Below are positions 51,948 to 60,736 of a stretch of DNA of 64,000 nt, piece by piece. The notes under the pieces were generated by a model. That model had not been told where the DNA came from, made no database searches, and saw nothing but the letters and a program-made list of their open reading frames with translations. Source of the DNA: Acidobacteriota bacterium (GTDB lineage: Bacteria; Acidobacteriota; UBA890; WLXD01); assembly GCA_965205505.1 (NCBI GenBank), contig CBDBHB010000009.1:2240001-2304000 (forward strand), in the 5' to 3' direction. A program made the position numbers and the translations under genes. Position 1 is the stretch's first letter, and every line of letters starts with the position of its first letter.

Positions 51948-52948
51948 GGCTCGAGGCGGGCGTCCTGGGAATCTTGAATACCTTGTAGCCGCTCCCAGTT
52001 ATCTTCGAGGAGCTGCAACTCCTCGAGAAAGTCGACATCGATGCCGGCGCCGCCGTGTGCCACAGGCACAAGCCGGGTGCCTTTCTCGGCACGCAGTGCA
52101 CGAGCGCCATGTTGCTCGATCCGATGCCGTGTGACGAGCGACGATAACGCGTAGCGGAAGGTGCGCCCGAGGCGTCCGCGGATACCGCCCCGCCGTCCGA
52201 TCTTCTCCATCTCCTTGGCGACCGAGAGAATCAGCGTGTCGATCAGCGCGGCGGGAGCGCGCGTGCCGAGCCACGAGACGACGACGCGCAAGAGGCCGAG
52301 CAGGGCGCCAAGTTGTTCCTGCTTGCGCACGCCATAGATCTCATCCAGGAGGCGCAGCCGATGAAGCCGCGAGGGTATCGCCAGGTTCAAGCCGCTGGCC
52401 CGGCCGGACATCTCGCGCAGATGAAGACAGGTGCGCCGGAAGAACGGCATGTACTCGGCGTAGGCCTCTTGCAGGGCGACGCCGTGAAAGAAGTCGGCCT
52501 CGTCGACCTGCCAGCTACAGCTCGCCAAGAAGCTGCGAAGGGCGGCTGCCGTGGTCAACGGATGATCGCCGAAGAGCAGCAGAACGGGCTCATCGGGCTG
52601 CGGATCGATCTCCGTATAGGCCGCCGACAAGTTGGCTACCAGCGTGGCCCCGGGACGCTGCACCAACGGGCGGAAAGCGTAGCGTGATGGGATACGGCGC
52701 AACGAGTGCTCCGGAGCCAGGATCCACATGCGCCGCAGGCCGCATGCCTCGAGCGTATCGAGCAGATATTCGATCACCAGCCGACCACGTAAGCGTAGGA
52801 ACGCCTTGTTCTCGATCGGCACCTCAGGCTCGTTGCGTCGGAGTCGTTCGGCGCGCCGGCGTCGCCGTCGCTCGGAGACGGAGTTCGAGCCGGCCAACAC
52901 CAGGACCTTGAGGTCCGACGTGAACGGGGCGGGTATGTGGTCGACCAT
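51914..52948 (-). CDS. Nucleotidyltransferase-like (MobA/NTP_transf_3) protein
   Basis: VLVLAG, ENKAFLRLRGR, LFGDHP, DVDFLEEL. Confidence 0.7.
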   Translation of the reverse strand: MVDHIPAPFTSDLKVLVLAGSNSVSERRRRRRAERLRRNEPEVPIENKAFLRLRGRLVIEYLLDTLEACGLRRMWILAPEHSLRRIPSRYAFRPLVQRPGATLVANLSAAYTEIDPQPDEPVLLLFGDHPLTTAAALRSFLASCSWQVDEADFFHGVALQEAYAEYMPFFRRTCLHLREMSGRASGLNLAIPSRLHRLRLLDEIYGVRKQEQLGALLGLLRVVVSWLGTRAPAALIDTLILSVAKEMEKIGRRGGIRGRLGRTFRYALSSLVTRHRIEQHGARALRAEKGTRLVPVAHGGAGIDVDFLEELQLLEDNWERLQGIQDSQDARLEPHGDLTWRSSR

Positions 52949-52986
52949 GTGGCGATTATAGCGTCGAAGCGAACAGCTGATGCTGC

Positions 52987-53264
52987 TAACAGGGTGCTGA
53001 AGAACTCTGGTGGGTCTGGCGCGTGGGTCTTGCTGGCGAGATCAAGGAAGAGGGACGATGGCGATGCCAGGGGGCATCGTCGAGGAGCTCTGACGCTGAG
53101 ATCGTCGGCAACCCCCACGCGCCCTACGGGTTACGGCGTCGTGGGGCCACCTGCGGCGTTGGCCCTCCTGGACGATACAACGAGCATCGCCTGCGTCGCG
53201 CTGCCTTGCATCTGGCCCCACGACGCCATAACCAGACCCACCAGAGTTTTTCAGCACCCTGTTA
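52987..53264. mobile_element. MITE-like element (278 bp) with 33-bp IS5/IS1182-like TIRs and two inverted structured cores
   Basis: taacagggtgctgaagaactctggtgggtctgg ... ccagacccaccagagtttttcagcaccctgtta (1 mismatch in 33). Confidence 0.85.
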
Positions 53265-54029
53265 AGGCTCCGGCTGGCGCGCCGTCGGTCTGATCGGCGC
53301 TCGCTGTGCCAGCACCTCGCGCGTATAGGACGGTGCGGCCTGGATCTCGCAAGCGGCGAAGCGCGACAGCATCAGGCGGATCTCGGCGTCCACCCAGTTG
53401 GTCGGCAGCCTCCGCGGCACCGCTGCGGAGGTGACCTGCAGGCTCTGCCGGTCGACGATCTGGTACTGGCGCCGAGTGTCGAGCCGCCCGTCGGAATCCA
53501 GGAAGACCGCGTGCATGAGGCCGGAACGGCAGAGCAGTCGATGGCATTCGCGGGCGAACTGGCGGGCGAGCACGAACGGCAGCCGCGAGAGCACGTTCCA
53601 TGAACAGATCGCCGAGTAGCTACCGTCCTCGAAAGGTAGCCGCTGCTGGCGGAGGGTGTCGGTCGAGAGCGTCAAAGGCGTGATCTCGAGTGGTCCGAGT
53701 CGTCGGGCCTCACGCGTGAACAGATCGTAGCAGCTGACGTCGAACCCTCGACGGGCCCAGAACTGGATGTTCTCGTTGTTCGTGGGCCCGAGATCGAGGA
53801 TGCGAGCCGGGGCAGCCGAGGCATCCAGCGCTCCGGTCATTCGCCACAGCAGATTCGAAGGATACGCGCGGTTGGGGAGCAGGTCATCCTCGGAGCGCTC
53901 CGCAACGTCCAACGTCGCGGTCGCGAAGTCACGCGTACGGAGGTCGCGCGGGCCCTTCACATCGACGGAATCGGCCACCGTCAGCGGCCCGCCACGCTCG
54001 ACGTCGATGGGCCGTCGGGCGCAGCCCAC
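53262..54029 (-). CDS. Class I SAM-dependent methyltransferase-like protein
   Basis: ILDLGP, LPFEDGSYSAICSW, CHRLL; start uncertain. Confidence 0.7.
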   Translation of the reverse strand: MGCARRPIDVERGGPLTVADSVDVKGPRDLRTRDFATATLDVAERSEDDLLPNRAYPSNLLWRMTGALDASAAPARILDLGPTNNENIQFWARRGFDVSCYDLFTREARRLGPLEITPLTLSTDTLRQQRLPFEDGSYSAICSWNVLSRLPFVLARQFARECHRLLCRSGLMHAVFLDSDGRLDTRRQYQIVDRQSLQVTSAAVPRRLPTNWVDAEIRLMLSRFAACEIQAAPSYTREVLAQRAPIRPTARQPEP

Positions 54030-54148
54030 ACCATCATGCCGGTCAGCAGTAGTGTCGGAACCGCAGCCGCGGCGCCTCGCGCGTTACCCCCGCGCTGAGC
54101 CATCCCCCTCATGCGATCAAGGATACCAGCCGACGTACTGTTGGTCGC

Positions 54149-54907
54149 TCAGCGCTCTCGCGGAATCGCAGTGTCCATACCGAAGAGGTCTTGGAGCGCG
54201 GCCACCTCTTCGGGGAGGAGCCGGAAGGCCTCGTGTTCTCCGGCGAGCCACTCGCGGAGGTCGAACGACTCGCGCATCAGACCGGAGTCCGAATGATTCA
54301 GTTTGTTGAGCAGAATATGGACCATCTCGTGAGCTGCGGCGCGAGCGACGACGAGCGGCGCCAACGCTGGCAAGAAGGTGCCGCACTCGGCAGGCGCGAG
54401 TAACTCGATCGCCGCATCGGGCTCCAGGCCGGTGGCTTCTGCCTGGGCGCGCGCGCGCGTCGCCTCCCGACATCGCAGAACGGCTTGTTGGCGGAACCAT
54501 AGCGCCTGGCGATAGAAAACGAAGCAGTTGCGGCCGACGCCGGTATCATCGTGCGGCGCCAAGCCGATCACGTTCGACGGACCGTGGAACCACCGGGTGC
54601 CGTCGGAGGCCAGGATCAGGAAGCGCAGCTCGCCCGGCTGCAATCGGCGGCGCGGCGAGTCGTCGAGCACCCAACGCATTTCGAGACCCGCCTGCGAGCG
54701 AAATACCGCCTCGATCTCCGTCTGGATCGTCGCCAGCTCGTCGCGCGAGATCAGTTGATGGTCGATCAGGTAGACCACAAGGTCGCCCGTTGCGCCTTGT
54801 TCCTCGGGCTCTGCCGCGAGCGTCGCCGGAGCACCGCCGATGAGGAGGAGCACCGCCAGAGCCCCACACAAAGCCTGTGCACCGAGTGTCGTGGAGTTCT
54901 TGTACAT
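54149..54907 (-). CDS. Secreted protein with a zinc-metalloprotease-like HExxH motif
   Basis: Signal peptide; AAHEMVHILLNKLNHSDSGLM. Confidence 0.7.
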   Translation of the reverse strand: MYKNSTTLGAQALCGALAVLLLIGGAPATLAAEPEEQGATGDLVVYLIDHQLISRDELATIQTEIEAVFRSQAGLEMRWVLDDSPRRRLQPGELRFLILASDGTRWFHGPSNVIGLAPHDDTGVGRNCFVFYRQALWFRQQAVLRCREATRARAQAEATGLEPDAAIELLAPAECGTFLPALAPLVVARAAAHEMVHILLNKLNHSDSGLMRESFDLREWLAGEHEAFRLLPEEVAALQDLFGMDTAIPRER

Positions 54908-55025
54908 AGCTATTCGCGGTTGCTGAGAGAGGAAGGATCGACAGCATGCCACTATAACATTCGACAAGTCGGGATGGCCGAAGTCGCGATGCGACCGCCA
55001 GTGAACTGGATCACGTGGAGCCGCA

Positions 55026-55400
55026 ATGAAGCTAGACCTACATGCCTACGACGCTGCCACGTTCGACTGCTACGGTACGCTGATCGACTGGGAAACCGGC
55101 ATCTCCGAGGCGCTCGGGCGCCTGTTCCGTCGCAAGAGTCCGGAGGTCGACGATCGGGCGCTGCTGCTTGAACGCGTCGGCCTTCCGCGCGAGCGCATTC
55201 TGCATGTGGCGCAGAGCCTTTTTCACGATGTCGCGCCGGCTCGCAGACTCGGATTCTCGACGGTCTGGGTGAATCGCCGCGGCGGTCGCCCAGGCGGAAT
55301 CACGCCGGTAGGGGATGCTGTCCCACATCTGGAGGTACCCGACCTGGCCACCCTTGCCGATCTAGCCGACGACGGAAACCCCATCGGACTCCCACACTAG
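55026..55400 (+). pseudogene. Haloacid dehalogenase (HAD) with a large in-frame internal deletion
   Basis: FDCYGTLIDWE and ILHVAQSLFHD...VWVNRR joined in only 124 aa; central cap and motifs II/III absent. Confidence 0.75.
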
Positions 55401-55706
55401 CTGGTGGTCACCGCGAATGCCGTTGTGGATGGCCCCCTCGATGATTTCCACACCCTTGCCCTGCACCAGCGCCCGGAACGCACCGGGGTCGGCGATGGCG
55501 TTGTCGCTCAGCACGTCACGGGTGATCTGCAGTCGCAGCGCAAACGCCGCACCGTCGTCGCCGGTAACGTGAAAAGCGCACAGTGCCTCGTCGTGCTTGT
55601 CGCCCTCGGTCGGTGGATCCCAGTCCGGGAGGTCAAGACGTATGCGAAAGGTCTGCTGTGTAGCGCCGTCGACGAAGATCCACGGCAGCCGCGGGGGTTT
55701 CTTCAA
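55362..55706 (-). CDS. Small hypothetical protein
   Basis: Protein-like ORF (WIFVDG...FALRLQITRDVL...HQLVWE); TTG start is a guess. Confidence 0.5.
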   Translation of the reverse strand: MKKPPRLPWIFVDGATQQTFRIRLDLPDWDPPTEGDKHDEALCAFHVTGDDGAAFALRLQITRDVLSDNAIADPGAFRALVQGKGVEIIEGAIHNGIRGDHQLVWESDGVSVVG

Positions 55707-55751
55707 CGTGGTCGGGTCCCTATGGTGTCGGTTACTTGACGCGTCGAGGCG

Positions 55752-55794
55752 CACGGCCTGCTAGCAGGCCGTGGTGAAAGTGTGGCGGGCCTGG
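55752..55794. repeat. 22-bp CTAG-centred palindrome plus a copy of the dispersed repeat
   Basis: cacggcctgCTAGcaggccgtg, continuing gtgaaagtgtggcgggcctgg as at 4759-4790. Confidence 0.65.
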
Positions 55795-55916
55795 CGACAG
55801 GGTCTTGCGAGGGGGAGGCGCCTAGACTATCACCGTGTCGGAGGTGGCGCGGCATTCGGAGCGCCGTCGCTGGCGAGCGCCTCATCAGCAGCGAATGGGC
55901 GCCGGTCGCGACGCTC

Positions 55917-57191
55917 TCATGCAGCCCGAATCAGCCGTACGATGGCGCCAAAGGTGGGGCGCTTACCCGACATCAGAAGGGTGAACCGGAACATCTTGGC
56001 GGCCACCCATACCAGCGCCAACGTGGCGGCCAGCAGCAGCAGGATGCCCAGCCAGATCTCCCATAATGGCGGTCGCAGCACGTTAATGCGTGCCAGCATC
56101 ACCAACGGCGTGGCGGGTGGGAACAGCGAGATCAGTCGGGTGACCAGGGTTGCCGGGTTGGTGATCGCATAGAACACGAACATCAGGCTCAGCACCATCG
56201 GCATGACCAGCGGGAAGGCGATTTGCTGGAGCTCTTCCGACGACGTGCAAGTCGACGCCGCGGCTGCTTAGATCACCGAATAGAACGTGTAGCCGAGCAG
56301 GTACAAAACGGCGAAGTAGAACAGCAGGGTCGGGTCGAGGAACTCCATCAGGTCGGTGCCCTGCATGGCCGCGCCGACCGCCAACGCCGGCAGGATGAAC
56401 AGCCCTACGAGCATCGACAGCAGGACCCATATTGCCAGCTGTAACAGGCTCGCGGCGAGTACACCGAGGATCTTGCCGGAGATGAACTCGGTCGAGGTAA
56501 CGGCGCCGAGAATGAGCTCGATCAGCCGGGTCGACTTCTCCTCGATGATCGAGTTGCCCATTTGTTGCCCGCCGATCAACAGGGTGATGTACAGCAGCAT
56601 TGCCAGCACGAAAGTGCTCATGTAGGCACGCAGGAAACCGCCCTCTTCTTCGCCCTCGGCGGAAACCGTGATGGCCTCCAGGTCCCATGAAACGAGAGCG
56701 TTGACACGATCCGACTGCAAGCCGCTGCCTTGCAGATAGTCTTCCAACGCGACCCGCCGAACGGCTCGTTCCAACGCGCTCGTGATTACGATGTTGCCTG
56801 TTGCGCGCGCGTAGTAACGTCCCCGGATGCCGAGCTCATCGTCGGGCTCCAGGAGCAGGTAGCCGTCAAGGCTCTCATCGACGATCTGCTCCTGCAGCGA
56901 CGTGCGCGCCACCGCCGCCTCGCTCTCGGATAACGACCGCACCGCGATGATCTCGAGCGTGAAGTCGTCGATCTCGCGGAGGCGATCGGCAATCTGCGTG
57001 CCGCTCCCAGTACCGACGTCGGCGACGACGATCCGGAGCTGCTCCACGTCTGCCCGCGCCAACAGGTTGGGAATGAACACCCACATGCTCATGAAGAAAG
57101 GTACCAACAGCGTCCCGACGATGAACCACTTGTTGCGCACCTTGGCGATGAACTCGCGCCGGGCGATGTTGATCACCTGCGTGGCGCTCAT
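55917..57191 (-). pseudogene. ABC-2 permease (NatB-like) with premature stop
   Basis: IARREF, IIEEKSTRLIE, GKILG; in-frame TAA at 56268-56270, after which the frame continues AAASTC...SLFPPATP to 55917. Confidence 0.85.
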
Positions 57192-58159
57192 GATGTATCT
57201 GCCTCGCGCACCAGCTCGCCCTCGTCGGTCAGCACCATGTGCGCGTGGTCGTCGGTGCCGGGTCCGACCTTGTCGAGGAAGATCTCCTCCATCGACGGTT
57301 GTTCGGCGCTGAACGACCGCAGCGTGACGCGATCGAGCAGTTCCCGAAGCAGCCCCTGCGTGTCCGCTCCCGTCTGCATCTCCAGTCGTGCCGATTGCCC
57401 GGAATCATTCACCTTGGCCACGCCTGGCAGGTCGCTGAGCGCGCTGCTGGGCCCGTCGTACTGGATGGCCAACGTGTTGCGCCCGTGGGCTGCTCGCACG
57501 TCGCTCAGCGCTCCGTCGAGCACCAGATTGCCGCGATGAATGACGGCAACGAAGTCGCACATGGCCTCCACCTGCTCCATGCGGTGCGACGACAGGATGA
57601 CGGTGCAGCCGCGCTCACTCTGCTCCAAGATCAACTCTTTCAGCAGCCGTGAGTTCAGCGGATCGAGCCCCGTGAACGGCTCGTGGAGTACCAATAGCTC
57701 AGGCTCATGAATAACCGCGGCGGCGAACTGCACTTTCTGCTGCATCCCCTTGGAAAGCTCGTTGGTCGTCGACTTGGCGCGGTCACCGAGATCGAGGCGC
57801 TCGAGCCATGCTGCGGCGCGCCGATTCGCCTCGCCGCGACGCAAGCCGCGGATGGTTCCCAGGAACGCGAGTTGTTCCTTCACCTGCATCTTCGGATAGA
57901 GGCCGCGCTCCTCGGGCAAGTACCCGACGCGATAACGAACCTCGAGCGGGTCTCTTGCCCCGAGCAACCGAACCTCGCCCCGGTCCGGCACGTAGATACC
58001 CAGGCAAGTGCGGATCGTCGTGGTCTTGCCGGAGCCGTTGGGTCCCATGAGCCCGAAGACGCTGCCGGCAGGCACTTCCAGGTCGAGAGAGTTGACGGCG
58101 GCGACACCGTCGAACTGCTTGACCAGGCCGATCGTCCGCAGTGCGGGAGGGTCACTCAT
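57188..58159 (-). CDS. ABC ATP-binding protein (NatA-like) with Walker B Asp-to-His change
   Basis: GPNGSGKTT, LSKGMQQK, LLVLHEPFTGLD (expected DEP). Confidence 0.88.
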   Translation of the reverse strand: MSDPPALRTIGLVKQFDGVAAVNSLDLEVPAGSVFGLMGPNGSGKTTTIRTCLGIYVPDRGEVRLLGARDPLEVRYRVGYLPEERGLYPKMQVKEQLAFLGTIRGLRRGEANRRAAAWLERLDLGDRAKSTTNELSKGMQQKVQFAAAVIHEPELLVLHEPFTGLDPLNSRLLKELILEQSERGCTVILSSHRMEQVEAMCDFVAVIHRGNLVLDGALSDVRAAHGRNTLAIQYDGPSSALSDLPGVAKVNDSGQSARLEMQTGADTQGLLRELLDRVTLRSFSAEQPSMEEIFLDKVGPGTDDHAHMVLTDEGELVREADTS

Positions 58160-58322
58160 GGGCGGACGGTAGCGTCGCCCGTCGGCGCCTACAAGCCAGC
58201 TTCGCTTGGCCGGCCGTACTCACCGCTGGGCGGTTTATGGCGAGGTCCAAGCGGCCAACGGAGAGATGGCCGGAGATGCTGCGCGTTGCATCCCCGGCCA
58301 GTGCTGTTTGGAAGCCGCGATC

Positions 58323-58937
58323 TCAGCCGCTGGCTTGCGCGCGAAGGCGCTCGACCTCGTCCCAGTTGACGACGTTCCAGAAGGCGGCAATGTAGTCGGG
58401 TCGTCGATTCTGATAGTTGAGGTAGTACGCGTGCTCCCACACGTCCAAGCCCAGGATGGGTGTATGTCCCTGCATGTGGGGAGAATCCTGATTGGCGGTC
58501 GAATAGCACTGCAGCGCACCGTCGCCGTCGACTACAAGCCAGGCCCAGCCGCTGCCGAAGCGCGTCGCACCGGCCTTTGCGAACGCATTCTTGAAAGCGT
58601 CGAAGCTACCGAAAGCCGCGCCGATTGCCGCGCCCAGCTCGCCGCCCGGCTCGCCGCCGCCATCGGGGGACATGATCGACCAGAACAGCGAGTGGTTGGC
58701 GTGGCCGCCGCCGTGATTGCGAACGGCGCCACGGGCGCCCTCGGGGGCCGCGTCGATGTTGCCTAGCAGCTCCGGTAGGCTCATTGCCTGCAGGCTGTCC
58801 TGCCCCTCTAGTGCGCCGTTGAGGCCGGCGACGTAGGCAGCGTGGTGCTTGTCGTGGTGGATTTCCATCGTTCGTTCGTCGATGTGTGGCTCGAGCGCAT
58901 TGAAAGCGTAGGCCAGGTCAGGTACTTCGTGGGCCAT
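58323..58937 (-). CDS. sodA: Superoxide dismutase, Mn-type
   Basis: [36 protein letters not shown]; RBS ggagg. Confidence 0.95.
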   Translation of the reverse strand: MAHEVPDLAYAFNALEPHIDERTMEIHHDKHHAAYVAGLNGALEGQDSLQAMSLPELLGNIDAAPEGARGAVRNHGGGHANHSLFWSIMSPDGGGEPGGELGAAIGAAFGSFDAFKNAFAKAGATRFGSGWAWLVVDGDGALQCYSTANQDSPHMQGHTPILGLDVWEHAYYLNYQNRRPDYIAAFWNVVNWDEVERLRAQASG

Positions 58938-59053
58938 TGAGGTTTCCTCCGTCAAGAAACGCGTGGGAACAGCGCTCCGGGTCAGCTGAACCTTCGACCT
59001 CTGGCTCCAGAGCAACAATCTGGCATCGTCTCATATCCGCACGCTAGCGGCGA

Positions 59054-60736
59054 TCAGCGATTCAGGGATGCTGCGCGAGCGGCGCCGAACTCCGATCCCT
59101 CCGACCACACAGGCCAGTCGGTGCCCTCGCTGAGGTTGAAGCCGACGGTGAAGAGGGCGCGCAGGTCTGCCTCGGCTCCGGCCAAATTCCACGTCGAATC
59201 GAACTCGTCGCTCGGGCGATGGTAGCGCAGCGCTGCGTACTGCCGCCGAACCAGGTCTGAGTAGTCTGCGGGCCGGTCCACGAAGCGCACCCCGGCGTCG
59301 ATATACAACGCCGGAATACCGATCTTCGCGAGCGGAAAGTGGTCGGATCGATAGTAGAAGCCCTTGGCGGGTTCGGGGTCGGGGCTAAGCGTGCGCCCGT
59401 GCGGCTCGATGGCTTGCCGCAAGACTTCGTCGAGCTGCGAGTTTCCCAGGCCGATCACCGTGATGTCCTCGGTCGGCCCCCAGATATTGAGCCCGTCCAT
59501 GTTGATCGCCGCCACTGTGTTGCGAGGCGGCACGATCGGGTTGGCGGCGTAGTACGCCGCGCCGAGGAGGCCCTTCTCCTCCAATGTCGTCGCCACGAAG
59601 AGGTGCGAGCGGCGTGTCGCCCGTTGTAGCGACGCGTAGGCTTCGGCAACTTCAAGCAGCCCGGCCACCCCGGTAGCGTTGTCGAGCGCGCCGTTGTAGA
59701 TCCCGTCGCCCGCGATGCCGGCATCCTCACCCAGGTGGTCCCAATGCGCCGTCCACAGGATGTACTCGTCGGCGGCGGTGACATGGCGTCCGCGTAACCG
59801 CCCGACGACGTTATGGGAGGCAATACGGCGCAGGTTGTTGTCGAGATGGATCGTCGCGGTCGCGCCCAGGTCTACGGGCTCGAAATCGGCACTGGCTGCC
59901 GCAGCAATCGACACCGTCAGGCTGAGTCCGGCGGCGCTGAATAGCTCATCGGCGGCGCGCTGCGAGACCCAGCCCTCGAAGCGCGATGGTGCCGGCTGGT
60001 CCGCCGGTGTCGGTAAGCTGAACTGCGGGCCTGTCCATGAGCTGCGCACCACATCCCAGCCATAGCCGGCGCCTTCCGTATCGTGGACAATGATCGCGCC
60101 GGCAGCGCCTTGCCGTGCCGCCTCCTCGTACTTGTAGGTCCAGCGCCCGTAGTACGTCATGGCGTCGTCGCCGAACTTGCCGGGTACCGGTGGGTCATTC
60201 ACCAACACCACCACCACGGCGCCCCGCACGTCGCGCTTGTAGTCGTTCCAGTGCTCTTCGGGCGCCACTACGCCGTACCCAACGAATACCAACGGTGCTG
60301 CTAAATCGATGGAGGGCTCCTCGTGAAGGGTCCAGGCGACGAAGTCGTCACCGTAGGTCAACTCGTCGAGCTGAGCCTGCGGAGCGACCCCGCCACTCCG
60401 CGGCATGCGGAGCGCGGCGGTGGCTGCGTCGACGGTAATCTCGGCCACCGGAACACGCTGCAACCAGGTGCGATTGCCGTCCGCATCGGCATCGCCGAAG
60501 GGCTCGACCCCGATCCGGTCGAGCTCGCCTTGAAGAAAGCCGATGGTGGTCGCTTCCCCTCGACCTCCCGGACCTCGGCCTGCGAAGTCGTCCGAAGCCA
60601 GCGTCCGCGTCAGGCGGGAGATGTCGGCCGCGGTGATTGTGGCCGAGGCACGATCGGCGTCGGGCGCCCCACACGCTCCGACGAGCAAAGGCAGGGCTGC
60701 CGCCAGCAGAGCCCGGCGGCGGGCTGTCGGGCTCAT
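59054..60736 (-). CDS. M28 aminopeptidase lipoprotein with PA domain
   Basis: Lipobox VGAC, TYYGRWTYKYEEA, TAHWDHLG, NGALDNA, EEKGLLG, RSDHF, YHRPSD. Confidence 0.92.
   Translation of the reverse strand: MSPTARRRALLAAALPLLVGACGAPDADRASATITAADISRLTRTLASDDFAGRGPGGRGEATTIGFLQGELDRIGVEPFGDADADGNRTWLQRVPVAEITVDAATAALRMPRSGGVAPQAQLDELTYGDDFVAWTLHEEPSIDLAAPLVFVGYGVVAPEEHWNDYKRDVRGAVVVVLVNDPPVPGKFGDDAMTYYGRWTYKYEEAARQGAAGAIIVHDTEGAGYGWDVVRSSWTGPQFSLPTPADQPAPSRFEGWVSQRAADELFSAAGLSLTVSIAAAASADFEPVDLGATATIHLDNNLRRIASHNVVGRLRGRHVTAADEYILWTAHWDHLGEDAGIAGDGIYNGALDNATGVAGLLEVAEAYASLQRATRRSHLFVATTLEEKGLLGAAYYAANPIVPPRNTVAAINMDGLNIWGPTEDITVIGLGNSQLDEVLRQAIEPHGRTLSPDPEPAKGFYYRSDHFPLAKIGIPALYIDAGVRFVDRPADYSDLVRRQYAALRYHRPSDEFDSTWNLAGAEADLRALFTVGFNLSEGTDWPVWSEGSEFGAARAASLNR

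Noticed and set aside
56268-56270. Stop-codon recoding or alternative genetic code
   Set aside because: TAA, TAG and TGA all terminate intact genes in this window, and both internal stops lie in loci with other lesions
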